Part shown: positions 12,957 to 26,200 of the stretch, piece after piece
Layout: each line of letters opens with the position of its first letter
How positions within the stretch are numbered: the first letter of the stretch is position 1
Assembly: GCF_964204645.1 (NCBI RefSeq)
Contig: NC_134033.1
Coordinates: forward strand, 4,922,231 to 4,986,230
Length of the DNA: 64,000 nt
Origin: Tubulanus polymorphus
Lineage: Eukaryota > Animalia > Nemertea
Direction of reading: 5' to 3'
Translations under genes and position numbers: made by a program
Notes under the pieces: model-generated
Database searches by the model: none
Told to the model about the DNA's origin: nothing
What the model saw: the letters and a program-made list of their open reading frames with translations, nothing else

Positions 12957-13800
12957 GTTTTGGTTCTGTTTGGAGTCTTCGGAAATTCAGCTACTTTCCT
13001 AATAATAAGTCGCAGATTCCGCAGTTTATCTTACGCTAACTATCTCATCGTATTGTCAGTCTGTGATTTTCTGTACTGTATAAATACGCTGATGCCCGTT
13101 TTACAGTTCGGTCTCTTACATCCAAACGTCGGTCCTATATTCATCATGAAATCTTCGATCAGTTGTCAAATCTTTGAATTTGTAATGATACTTGCAGGTA
13201 GCAACAGTTCGTGGTTAATAGTAGCTATAACTCTAGAACGCGTAGCAGTTGTGCTCTTCCCGTTCACATCTCGTTTGGTATGTACACCGAGATTCGCTAG
13301 ATTAGCCAAATTCATAATTACTGCAGTGAATGTACTGGTTCTGTATCTCACACCTGCTTTGTCGATAAATTTCTTTGACCAGTTTTTCGGATGTTACTAC
13401 GCATTACTTGACCAAGTAACGTTTTTTACCACAATTGTCATCCATGTCAACCTTTTACCGTTAGTTTTGATCGTTATATCGAACTATGTTATAATAGTTC
13501 AGTTGTTCAAAGGTTCAAAAATGGTTTCGTCTGATCAGAAAAACTACAAAATCAAAACGTACTACAATAATGCTTGTTACAGTTTCGCTCGTATTTGCAA
13601 TATTTACACTTCCTACTACTATAACGTCGTTATTACCAGTCTCGCCGGAACAGAGAGATTTCCTATTGGACATTTGCACTCAGTTCCATGTTTGTAACTA
13701 TGTAGTAAATTTTTACATATATCTTTTACTGGGACGAGAAATTCGTGAGTATTTCTGTCTGAAAATCCGCTGTAGAAATTCAGTCAAAAATAACTATTGA
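12957..13800 (+). pseudogene. Class A (rhodopsin-family, peptide-receptor/chemoreceptor-like) GPCR, 5'-truncated with one frameshift
   Basis: TM1 GVFGN, TM2 LSVCD, TM3 ITLERVAVVLFPF, TM6 FAIFTLP, TM7 CNYVVNFYIY. A +1 A in the A-run at about 13540 splits ORFs 12960-13697 and 13570-13800. No N-terminus is visible. Confidence 0.85.
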
Positions 13801-14017
13801 TTTCAAGGATTAATTCTCTTTAAACCCATAGAACCGGTATTCGATGTGCACTGTGCATTGTGATATTCTGTAGATTCCTACAACTCCATAAATTACTACG
13901 CGCACTCAAAAATTATCTTCAACAAATCGATGGTTTTGTTTTTATTTATTGCTCATTTTCCTTTCACAACACACACACACATACACAAATACGAATTTAT
14001 TTTCCTTTCCTTCGAAT

Positions 14018-14445
14018 TCACGTATCAACTAAATATAGTGCAAAACTGTCTATATATGAAAAACCTTCAGTAAACAAAACATAACGAACTTGATCGAGTT
14101 TACCAAAAAATACCGGAACCTTGTTCTTTAACGGTTTTTCGCAGACGTAGCGACTTAGTACCAAAACCAAAATGAATCGATAATTATCGTTATGTTTCGC
14201 TATTTTGGAAACGTCGCACAAAATCGGCTTGAAATTGAGAGTTACGTCTGTACGCCACGGTTTTGTTTCTCGGAAATCGTTTCCGGGCCGGCGCGTGTAG
14301 TGTGTATACGTCTTGACGCAACGACCAATCTTTGATTTGTCTTCGAGAAATCTTCTGACCGTTTGCTTTTGCTAGTCTGTCTTGAGTTTGAACGCTTCCA
14401 AAAGAACCGGGATGTTTTAGTGCGAAATATACTTTCGTCAGCCAT
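14018..14445 (-). mobile_element. Polinton/Maverick-type c-integrase relic
   Basis: YF..KHPGSFGS...IKDW..RQDVYTLHAPARKRFPRNKTV...QFQADF/DVSKIAKHNDNYRFILV...SRY..PLKNK matches the characteristic N-terminus of Maverick integrases. Frameshifted and internally deleted. Confidence 0.8.
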
Positions 14446-15154
14446 TCGTTCTGCTGAGTCCCGTCAATTTTGTTATTATTATCAATTACCACTGTGTTAC
14501 CACGACATCGAGAGGAGATGCAATTCACTTTACTAACCTTGCAATTCAACTCTAGATTTGTATCGGTTAAACAGCAACACAATTTCAGTAAACTTTACTA
14601 CACATGATTGCAAATATCGGGACGGTGTTTACACGTGGTAAGTGCTCCTTTGATGGATCTCATATCAAACGACGTTCGTGATAAATCATATGTAATTCTA
14701 TTTCGGTTGGAATACATTTTGATGACGGCAATTTCCTGTTTTATAAATTAAAACGGAAAAATACTGAACGGTTCGATGAAATTTCCGATTGAAAAAACTC
14801 AGGTTTGATAGAAAATTTGTTTGCACAAAATAAGGTTTGAAAATTTTTCTATATTTCAAAAAATCATATAAAGTTGCTTTATAACGTACTTCTGCGCGGG
14901 TAATGTTTACGACAGTTTTATACAAATTATCGCGCCTACGATTTTACGATATAAATTACTTGACATATCGAGTTCCTTTAAAATCATTTTCAAGCTATTC
15001 GCGTCACAGCGTTGTTCGACGAAAGTTTTCACCATACGATTGATATCGTGTAGATAATTTCTAGGTATTAAAATCACGTATACGTGAGTCATATCGAATA
15101 ATCCGTATAATATAAATCTCACAATTTTCTTCGTCATCATTATCACCACGCGTA

Positions 15155-15637
15155 ACTTCTTTTAATTCTAACTCGTCAGAGATATTCAAATATCGTCCAC
15201 CCGTTTTCTAGAAGTCCGATTATAACTCCGAAATATGTTATCGGTATTTGCTGTATTTGTTGGCTCGTTATAAGCACAGTCTCTATTTTACCGCTGTCAT
15301 CGTTGTCTTACTTCGGAGACAATTTTTACGGTACAACTGGAGTTTGTTTGCCAATGAATTCACTGACGATCGACGTCAATGGCTGGCACTATTCATTCGC
15401 TATTTTTGCCTTGTTCAATACGACCATATTGGCTACGATAATGACGTCGTACGCTCAGATGTATAGACTCGTATCTGGAAGTTCGTCGGGCTCGGTTAGA
15501 GCCGAACCTACCGATTTGATTTTAGCTCGAAGGAGTTTATTAATCAATCTTTGTTATTTATTTTGCTGGTTACCGATAATAATCGTTCAGTTTTGCGCTG
15601 TATTTTCGGTCGAGATACCGAACCAGGTGGCCGCTTG
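15155..15637 (+). pseudogene. Orphan fragment of the GRL101-like 7TM region (end of TM3 to start of TM7)
   Basis: Near-identical to copy D at about 62692-63176, with small indels; ends abruptly after NQVAA. Confidence 0.92.
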
Positions 15638-16092
15638 TTATAGAATATAAATTAGAATATTTCGCCATGAACCAGCCGGGAACCGAATGGCATCACGAAT
15701 TGGAGCTTGGCAAATATCGGCTGAGTTTTCTCTGAAGACAGTTTTAGATTTTTGGCAGTTGCTGTACCTGTATCAACAGTAAACAATGAAAGAAATTTGA
15801 TGTTCCGAAGTAATATCGAAATCCATTAATGGAGGTATATATTTAATTTACCTACTGTTACTATCTGACGGTTTTATAATTCTTGTACAAATAGGACAAA
15901 TTAGTGAAGCGTCATAAACCGAAATAAACATATTAATTATTCACTCCATGTCTGTATAGTAATTGTCACGACACGATATTTGCCGCTTCACCGGTTTTTA
16001 TGTCGTTTTCGCACAATGAATTCAAACGGTAAATTTAATGATGAAATCGGAAGTGTTTCAGTTATGAAACGTGTACTGGGTTTCCGTGTTTC

Positions 16093-17055
16093 TCACGGGT
16101 TGTACTGACATAAAAAGTCATTGCGATTGTTGCAAGGAATATCATTATATCGATCTATATCGATATACCACTGAATACAGCGTTCGTGCCGATGGTTCGG
16201 TTCCCCGTTGTGCCAGGGTAGGATTGCGATAATGGTATTATCTGATCTCGAAACCCACGGGCCGCGCATTGACCCAGAATTCATCTGCAAATCATATCCA
16301 CCTAACATAGGTCTATAAACGACTTCTGAAAAAGACATATTAGTGTTAGAAATAATTGTGCACTCCATTTTAAGGGTGGCGCCTTTTGAGCCTGTAACTC
16401 AGAAAGATAACTGATATATGGGTGAAAACTGAAGATACGGTATGGCAGTAACTAACCAGAGCAAATGGCCTAAGAGCTTCAGATAATATGTGTTGATTTA
16501 GACTCCTTTATATTCGCGATCCCACATCTAAATCGACAACCTGGCATTATTACCGAAAAGTTCATTCAAACTCGTTTAATGATAGGACTTTGGCTACAAA
16601 AATCGTTATACTTTGTTTCTTATTTCTGTAGAGTTTAAAAGTTGACCCGGCCGGCCACCCAATCTACCGTGCATCACTTTTTTAATCATAATAAAACTAT
16701 CAATAACAGACCCGACAGTTATAGAAATGAACTCATTACACATTTTATGGCAGTTTACAAAACTTACCCGGTCGATTAGGAGAAACAAGGTATGAATTTA
16801 TTCTAGCTTTAAAATCTATCAATATGAAGTTAGACATACCATTTTTGTCGATGAGATATTTCCTCAAGGCAGCCCTCGATTGTGAAGTGCGGGGTTCGGC
16901 AAGTATCCAACCGTGATAGGTACAGAAACTTGCCGCGTCTGTGACGGTCGCACTTTTATAAGCGTTACTGTTCCATCGGAACACGTGATAGCAAATTCCA
17001 TTCGCAACGAAAAATCCAAATCTACAAGATCCGTGTTCTACAAACAGAGGAATAT

Positions 17056-17094
<39 letters not shown>

Positions 17095-17518
17095 CCGATA
17101 TTCTCATAAAGACGATTTCAAATAGCCCGATTAACATGATTTATGCGAATATTCTAGAGCTTCTCTTGAGCTGGAATCATTTATTCACTTATGAATTAAA
17201 AATACGTTGTAAGATCTCGAAAAAAATACCTTTATCGTGTTTGTACATGACAATTTTCGTTTTTCCTGATGCTCTGCATTTCACCAGCTCGTTGTCGAAC
17301 AGAAAACATTCGTCGACGCAGTGAGATTTCGTCGAATCGACGTCGAAACCCCGACAATTCGACCCTTCGCTCAAACAGCGCAGCGCGCATTCACCGCGCG
17401 ACCCGACTGTCGACTTGTACGGTTTTGAAGACACGTCGACCATCATCGTATAGAACTCTCGAAACTCGGACGCGACGCTGACTATCAGACAAATAAACGG
17501 GATGAATTTAGCGAACAT
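16093..17518 (-). CDS. Secreted PAN + C-type lectin protein with EPN motif, 239 aa, 3 exons (17518-17230, 17037-16840, 16325-16093)
   Basis: Signal peptide MFAKFIPFICLIVSVAS; PAN-like ECALRCL..SNCRGF; CTLD C..GF...GICY...AASFC...LAEP, then W.NGEPN..ERC...YNDIPC...FLCQ. Both introns are phase 1 GT-AG; the 720-nt spliced CDS is open. Confidence 0.85.
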
Positions 17519-17745
17519 GTCGTGAAGAAAATACGCTACACGTAAGAACTGTTCTATGCATGGAACTAATCGCCAGTTACAGATTCCAGCTAAACCGCGT
17601 GCGGCATCCCGTGTGTGTCCAGATAATACGTAGTCAACCTCGCATAAATCGCTTCGATACAAGTAGCGAAATCGTTCGGTCGCATGAATTGAGTCCCAGT
17701 AGTTTCAAAACCTCTTTCAAATAGTGGTATAAATCGCTATTTTAT

Positions 17746-18272
17746 CTAGAGTCACCATGTCAAAAATAAGACAGCACGAAATGGCTTTGAAATGATGACT
17801 TAAAAAGTTCGTAGCCACTATAATCTACATGTAGCATAATTGTAATAAATTGTTGAATCTGATTCTATTCTATGTAATGAATTTCTATGTTTGGAATAAA
17901 ATACAGATGTTCACTGGTACGAAAAACAACCGCTTCTTTTACGAGATTATATAAAATTAAGAGGAGACCTCAAATAACAAGAAACGAGTGATTTGAATCT
18001 TCAATCAAAAAACCGCATCTTCTAAAAATATACCCGAGAAATATCGACAGCAAAACAAACAGCGCGCGCCTGAAATAAGCTCAAATATCAATAAATTAAT
18101 TCAACCAAATAAACCAGAAACCCACGTATCACAGGAATAGGGCCCGACCGGGTTGGGTGAGGTGGGTGCTGTCTGAACCTGAAACCAGTTGTACGTATGT
18201 AAATGTCATTTGTATTTTATAAGAAGTAGAGTTCAACTCTTCAACTCTTCATCTTACTCAAATCACACTTAA
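17746..18272 (+). repeat. About 525-bp block duplicated at 54324-54844
   Basis: Colinear high similarity from ctagagtc...caaaaataa to cttactcaaat..cacacttaa. The blocks lie about 1.9 kb upstream of copy B and about 2.2 kb upstream of copy D. Confidence 0.9.
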
Positions 18273-21200
18273 CTAACAAACTGTCAAACATTTTTAATCC
18301 AGTTCAATTGTAAATAAATGCAACTTTTATTGTTAAAAAGTTCCACTTGAAATTACAACTGCATTTTATACCAACAGCTGAAATTATGTTTTTATTCAAA
18401 GATCTATCAACTAAGTATTCTAACCTGACCTATATATTCGGCCTACCCATTCAGGCTAAGGTTTGGGGGTAGGGAGGGGGATACTGAAGTAGAGAGACAT
18501 GTTATACAGGTCACACCGGAATTCTTCAGTCACTCTGTCGTTCATTCAACTTTAGGTTCAATCTTCTGTGACAAGGGGGTCTTGTTCTCTGTTGTGTGCT
18601 GGGGGTGAAGACACGTACTCTGTGGCCTAGTCTTCTGGGGTCTTGTCTCACCGATAACCCTGAAATTTTCATGTTTATTTTAAGTAAAATATTTACATAA
18701 TAGGCGTTGTCTTAAAAAACAATAAATTTGAAAAAACACGGAAATTTTGAAAGAAAGTGAAAAAACCTAAAAATAGAGGGAAATGGAAAAAAAGAAGCAT
18801 GAAATACAGGATCCTGAAATAAAGGTATTAGGCATAAGTAATAAACAAACTGCTATTTCTATATGTAGACCCAGAGACCCACAGGACCGTGACGCAAATA
18901 GCACCCTATATACTTACGCATTTGATTTAAGATTGTATTAATATTCATGCACTCCTATGACTTACTAACTCACCGAGTAAGTTCCTAATCACTAACTAAA
19001 CCTATAAAACATAATTTCAGCTGTTAACTTTTTTCTTACTTACAGTTTATCCAATCCTGTGCGTGTTATGTATGAATCCAATGATAATCCTTGAGTCAAT
19101 TTGATTCCTTGTGTTTTTGACAACAGTTCAGTTTTTGAGCCAAGTTCATATCAATTCTGAATTAGTTTAAGCGCGATTCCATTTCAAATTAATCCTAAAC
19201 AAGACGACAATGCAAATTCCATAGATTTCTGAGCAACAGCTCAGTTTTTGAGGACAGTTTTTTTCAAATCTTTATTTTGTTTCAGCGCGATTCCATTCAG
19301 AATACACCCTTATATGTTCACAAGAGGTGTCTGCTTTTTAACGGGAGACAGTTTGAGCATCTCTGTCCAGACTGGTAAACCATACACCATCGCGATAACC
19401 TCTGGGTGTGAACATATACAAGACACCCAGTTGTAATAATCTGCGCGAACGACGAATTGTCGAACACGATGAAGTTTCATATTTCATATTATCTAACTAT
19501 TTGGGTCACTGGTCATAATCCATCTTCGCTCTATAAACTGCGCGGCTCGACAAAAATCAATGCATTCTTAACTACATGAAGTACGTATCCATATAGTATA
19601 AACCAGATCCTAGAAATATCTAATAGCAGTTGATTTAAAATATGAAAAATTAATAATCTAATTCGATGATGCCGCTAACACCAGTTCGTGCTCAGAAAGC
19701 ATTCTCATCTGTGATCGGACGCATAATTAGTCATACTCTAACAAGTCCATACCCGCCACAATACGAAGTGTTTAATAGAGACGCAGAATATTTTTTGATA
19801 GATAGATTATGTCATCGAATATTATAAAAATAACTCAACGCAGTTCGGGAGCGACAGTAAATACATTTTTAACGAAATAATTGCACATGATTATAAACAC
19901 GATATATTGAAACACGTCTAAATTTAGAAACCGCGGTAATTACAGCGAAACCGAGAACAGATGAAAGTAACAGAAATACGAGACTGGCACCAGTTTGAAG
20001 GGGGATTTTTTTACAAAATAATTGGACTCGATCAATTCGTCAACATCTGCCATTTGCAAATTCGACATAACTTACCAGCTACTCTTTTGAAAAATGTGGC
20101 GCAAATTTGGAAATAGTTAGAAATGTGTTTGTTTTGAAGCGTGAATTGTGTTCAATATGCAGCGAATGAAAGCGCTGTTCGTAGTTTTACTGATCGCTCG
20201 CGGAGACTGTATATTTACGCGGGCTGATCGCGCAAACTCAGTCGAGGAAGCCGCGTCTGTTACAGTCAGTTCATCTTGTAACGACACTCGATTCTCCGTC
20301 GATTCTACGTCTGGTTACATCGTTTCACCGAACTATCCGTCGTTAGTGCGCGGTGTTGAATGTCGTTGGTTCGTCAACAGCTCTTTACCGGGAAGTTTTC
20401 TCATTCGAGTTTACTACGACATCGAGCCGTCGATATTCTGTAACGAAAACTACCTTCTCGTCGATGAGTCCGACAACAAACTCTGCGCTACTGGAAGTAA
20501 ACAACTAGATATCCGCAGTAACGATTTGATGGAGCGCGAGGTAGTCGGGTTTATATCATATATCGTTTTGAAGAAAAGAGTCGCTTGAAAATCTTACATA
20601 CATGTTCGAAACGTGCAGTAAACGAAATACCAACTCAAACAGGTTATGAATTCATGATTTCTACCCGGCGATGTAAATTGTTGTTAGAATGGATCGGGAT
20701 GCCAGACGGGTTTGCAATGAATTTAACGTTCATACAGATGGATTTCAGATTAAGACCAGGTGAGGATCCGATGAAAACTCGTCCTCAAATTTACGACGGA
20801 TGGAATAGCACCAGTGAACCCATAGCTCTTATACGAGAACAAACCGGAAATCCACCTTCATCGTTTTATACTAAAACTAATAAAGCACGTATCAAATTCA
20901 TTTCAAATAGATACCCATTTTTTCAGTCGCATTTACTCGTGCAAGTTTACAAACTATCAGATTGGAACATCTCTAACCCGTTAGTTCAAGTCTATAATGA
21001 ATCAGGCCTGCTCACTACAATTGATGGAATACCACATATAGTAACTCAGTCTAAACACTTATACTGCTGGTCTATCACAGTCGATGTTCTGCAGTACGTC
21101 GTCTTCAACTGGACACGTGATCTCGTCTCGTCACCAGGTGTCGTTGGTGTTTATAAACAGGAAGGGTTACGTATTGTGAGAACTGATGTTTTACTCAGTT

Positions 21201-21689
21201 TTAACCATCTTAAATCTCTGAGTGTAAAATCAGACGGATTTCTCGTGATTCTGTGCGTTTTAACGACATCGGATTTTGTAAGATCGTATTTGAAAATAGA
21301 ATTTGAAGTGAAATCAATGACAATATCAGACGTCCACGTCAACAAGCCAAGGATATCGGTAAGTTGACTACAGTCATTTGTAAATTAGCTTTGTATGTTA
21401 TAATGATAATAATAATGATAGCGATAACGATAACGATAGCGATAGCGATAGCGGAAGCGACAACACTCCACAATAGATAATATGTTCATTCTGTATTCGT
21501 AAAGTGAGCTTCTAAAATTGCAGAAAAAAAGCTCTATTGTGCATTTATAGACTTTGTCAAATCTTTTGATTCGGTGTGGCGAGCAGGGTTGTGGCAAAAG
21601 CTTTTGAATAATGGTATTAACGGAAATGTATTTATTCTCATACGTAATGTGTATAGTAACGTTAATACTGTAATGTATGGAAGCTCGAA

Positions 21690-23218
21690 GTAAATATAAG
21701 AAAAACAAAGTATTAATTTTTGGCACAAGAGCTCAAAGGAATAATGTCCGATTTATTATGGGTAATCAAAACATCGAAATGTTAGTACATACAAGTATCT
21801 TGGTATCCCCTACAACAAAACAGAAGTTTACCAGCAACAAAGAAATGTCTAATTAGTCAAGCAAAAAGAGCTCTCCATGTTTTGTACACTAGATACTCTT
21901 AACCAACCACTGGACTGCCAGTTTAAACTTTCCGATCCGACTATCGTTCGTATTCTAACATATGGCTGTGAGGTCTGGAGGTTCTCCAACCTACAGTGCC
22001 TAGAAAATGTCCATATTTCCTTTCTGAGGCGCATATTACATCTCAGAAATAGTACTCCATCTTCTATGTTGTCTCGATCGTTGCGATCACGATGAAAGTG
22101 AGAATTTTAACTTTTTGGCACAAACAGTCTCATCCCCTTTCGGTAATTTGTCGCATATTTTATATAGGTCTGTTATGAAATTGTCCCGAGGAATAGGGAT
22201 GCTCCAAATATTGAATGGTTCCAAAGTATAAAAAATATCCTATACCCCGTCGGACTAAATAAAATATGGGATTCACAATCATTCCCAAATGTTAATTGGC
22301 TCAAAGCAACATCCAAACAACGGTTTCTAGATCAATATAAGCAATCATGGACTAGCTCCATGCGCGATTCTACTAAAGGTTCTCACTACACGTTATTCAA
22401 AACCGATCTACTCCTGGAAAACCGTCTCTGATCTTTCGGATAACCTCATAGTTAACTTAACTTCATTCCGTACTACAAATCATAAGCTCCCAATAGGAAC
22501 TGGCAGATGGAATAATGTAGAGCGTGCTGAAAGAATATGTGCATTGTATAATAATGGGATTGGGGACGAATTTCATTACATTTTCAACTGTGCATAATTA
22601 AATGATTATATCTAGAAATTATATCTAGACAGGAGATTTTATACGAACCCCAACCTTTTCAAATATGAATTATTAATGCAAACTAAAGATAGAGCCGAAC
22701 TTCGTAAACTGTGTATTTTTGTTGGTAGAATTGTCACAGAGCGGTTTCCTCCGGATCGTTGGGCGATGATATTTCGTGGTGATTTCCACTCCGCAACGAA
22801 GATTTCAGGACCAGTTTGACGGAGGAACTGCTACCATAACACAACCACGAACTGTCGTGGCGATTGACCAGCCGTTTCTTCTCACCAGGAACTGATGAAT
22901 TTAGTTAATAATTTGTTTTTCCTACACTGATCCTCGAAAACCCTTCAGGTCACCTAATTTAGGATCGGATTCACGACGCAGGAGATCATGATATTCTTTG
23001 GCTGGTTGGCGTCGGCAATCATTCCTCGTCGGGTCCCATACCGGGCGCCAAATGTCACAGAGCGGAGTGACGGAATTATGAAATTTTTCAATTAATAGCT
23101 CACATGAAAATCGATATTTAACCATGTATCTATCTACTGTACGTCATATATAATGTAAACTCGAATTGTCTTTGTATTAAGACCAAGAGTTTGTCAAACA
23201 AAGTAAAGTAAAGTAAAA
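21690..23218 (+). mobile_element. Decayed 5'-truncated non-LTR retrotransposon in intron 1 of copy B
   Basis: Fragments ILIFG, YKYLGI, RILTYGCEVW, RTTNHKLPIGTGRWNNVERAERICAL..GDEFHYIFNC (C-terminal zinc-knuckle region) and KLCIFVGRIMKFFN*. Tail of (aagta)n at about 23200. Sits within a (GATAGC)n-type microsatellite. Clade not assigned. Confidence 0.82.
22732..23072 (-). mobile_element. 341-bp LTR-retroelement-derived mini-insertion nested in the LINE
   Basis: 4-bp TSD GAAT (22728-22731 / 23073-23076). Removing the insert restores the LINE ORF end. 13-bp direct repeat tgtcacagagcgg at 22732 and 23053. The minus strand reads ...tgtgaca-tt-TGGCGCCCGGTATGGGAC, resembling a tRNA-Lys primer-binding site. 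Confidence 0.7.
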
Positions 23219-26200
23219 GCTACAGCGGTAGTGATAGCGGCACCGACAGCGACAGCAACTACCACAACGACAATGACAATAAAAATAGTAATTATAATAA
23301 TATTAATCATGATAATAATATGAGTGAGACTGAGGAATTCTTTCGTTTTTATTCTTTCTTCGAATCGATCCAATTAAAATGTGTACACGAAATGTTTTCT
23401 AGATACGATTCGTGCCATTCTATCTTAAGACCTGTTACAAATCATAATTTTGCGAGCGGAAATTATGTTGATACACACGAGATTTTCAGATAGTCGCATT
23501 ATATTATTATCGTCATCGTTATACATTTTCAGGTAGTGAAGGAGGTGAAATCATTAAGCCGCGTGTTCCCGAGTTCAAAGAATACATTGTATCATGTAAC
23601 TACATTACAACTAAAGTGGAAAGTGAACATCTATGAAAAACAGTTGAAACTAACAGTGCTATCAGAAAACTGTGATCGAGCTGGTTTTTATATATTTGAT
23701 GGTAGTAATCTCACAGCTAGACGCTATGGTCCGTATTGTCCTGGTTCATACTACGGTCGATCTGTCGTCAGCCTGATTACATCAGGTGGACCGGTTACTG
23801 TAGTAGCGTACGCTTATTACTATAACAATCAGTTAACAGTTAATCGTCCTGACCAGTCGTATCTTATGTACGCCCCTATCGATTGTGATGGTTATGTTCT
23901 AAAGGAAGAAGAACGTCAGATCAATATGACGTCACACTGTCTCGTGATTACACCTGAAAATCGACGCCTTCGCTTGAAAAATATTCGCGTATTATCAGAA
24001 CACGAATATCAAATTGACCGATGTTTTCTCAAGATGTCATTGTCATGTGATCAGTTTCTGAGTTTGAGGAATCAGTGTCTTGATAACAGTCTCGTATTAA
24101 ACACTGTCGATTTCGCAAGTGATGGGTTTGGATTCTGGCAGGAACCACTAATAGTAAAACTACGTCGTGAATGTCTAGGAGTGAAAAAAGCAGCTAGTAT
24201 TCGAGGTTCCCTTATCTTATCTGCGACTCCTGATAAATGTGGACTCGTGCAGTCACCGAAGTACCCGGGTCGGGCAGGACGTACGTTCAAATCAATTGTC
24301 TACAAATTTGAAAAAACGATACAACAAAATACATTAGAATATTACAGCATATATCAATATTACAGATTCATTGTAAAATTTATCGGATCAGTTTCATGTG
24401 ATACAAACAACGTATTTGATTATGATCCAATCATTCTAATGCAAATGATGATTTACAGCCACTTCCTCGACGGAGTCGTTAGAAACCGACATGAAACTAA
24501 AATATGTGAAAATAACGCGGTTCGTGGACTCATATATCATAGTTTGAAAGGTTGGGACCTGCGTTTTGAAGTAATTAATAGCATTCCAACGTTTCAAATA
24601 CAATACACTTTACACGAGTCGTTACCGATTAAAGATTTCGATAATTTCTACTGTAAAAAAGGATTCCTGGATTCCGAAATTTCCTGCATCAAATTCATCA
24701 GAGATGAACGTCTGAATTGGGAGAACGCTGAAATATACTGTAGACAGAAGTACGCGGGACATCTACTCAGTATCAACTCAGAACAGGAAATGATTTCCAT
24801 CAAAAGATTATTCGCTACAAAACTTCTCCGAATGGCGTACACATTAAAAGCGCTTATAATGATGATTGGATTGAAATGGCAGGTAAGTCTAATGAATAGA
24901 GATATTAATTTGGAAAGAAATATTTTTGAAAAAGAAATATTATGTATTTCTAATTTTCTTCATGTAACAGAATGATGGTTATTACACGTGGACTGACGGT
25001 AAACCATTGAGCTACGCAGAGTGGTATAAACCTGTTATTAATGAAACAATACCAGACGTTATTCGAGGATTGATATCTCCGCTAAGAAAACAACCGATAA
25101 ATGACGTCAATATGCCGTGTACGGCGATGATACTAAATAATCCACGAGGATCAGCGAACTGGGTTCGATTCCCGTGTCAAATCGAGGAGACGCACACGAC
25201 ATTCATTTGTGAATCTGAGAGAATCGACATCAAACACAAACACAATTCAACGATAAACGATGCGAACAATTCAACAAATACAGACTTAAATAAAACCATA
25301 CATCAAATGATTCCCGATGTTACTTTAATCAATTCAACCTGTCCAATGGGTTGGGTAACTATTACCGGACAATGTTATCGAATACTAACCGACTGGAAAA
25401 ACAATCGAGGTTTGAATATTCGGAGTGCTAGAGAAATGTGTCAAAGCATCCGTGCCGAAAAAGTGAGAATCACCTCAAATACGGAAAGCGATATGAAAAA
25501 TTTAATTAGCAAATTTCAATATCGACATCAATATGGCGCTATACTGACAATGGACCACGACGGATTCAAAGTTTACAAACCACTAGTGACCAGGAATGAA
25601 ATTACTCATATTCAATCGGTTAAATGGTTATTGAAACCTTTCGATAATATAACACATAAAGTGCATTCCGTGTTGTGTACCTATAATGTAACTGGAGAAG
25701 AGTTAGCTTCTGGAAGCGGTTGTAAATCGTGGCAGTTTGAATGTAACGATCAAAGATGTATCAGCGACCATCGCGTATGTGATACCAGACACGACTGTCA
25801 ACACGGCGAAGATGAACTAAATTGTACGGATATCAATTTACACAGTCAGTTCCGCTGTAACGATGGACAGGTTATATCGATTAGCGGTTTCTGTGACTTT
25901 ATGAGAGATTGCGTCGATGGCTCGGATGAGAACTCGTGCTATCACCCACCGTGTTTATCTACGCAATATCGCTGTTCCAATCACCAATGTATCGATAGTT
26001 ATAAACGATGTGAAGGACTAGCCAACTGTAAAGACGGTTCCGATGAGATCGGATGCACTGCTGTACTTTGTCAGGGGTTCTCGTGCGCGGACGGTGAATG
26101 TATTAGTTCTCAGTTGTATTTGGATGGTGTCGTGGATTGTAGCGGAAGTCTCGAAGAAGACGAATTGGTAACTAATATGACAGTGAATCCCGAGGTTTAC

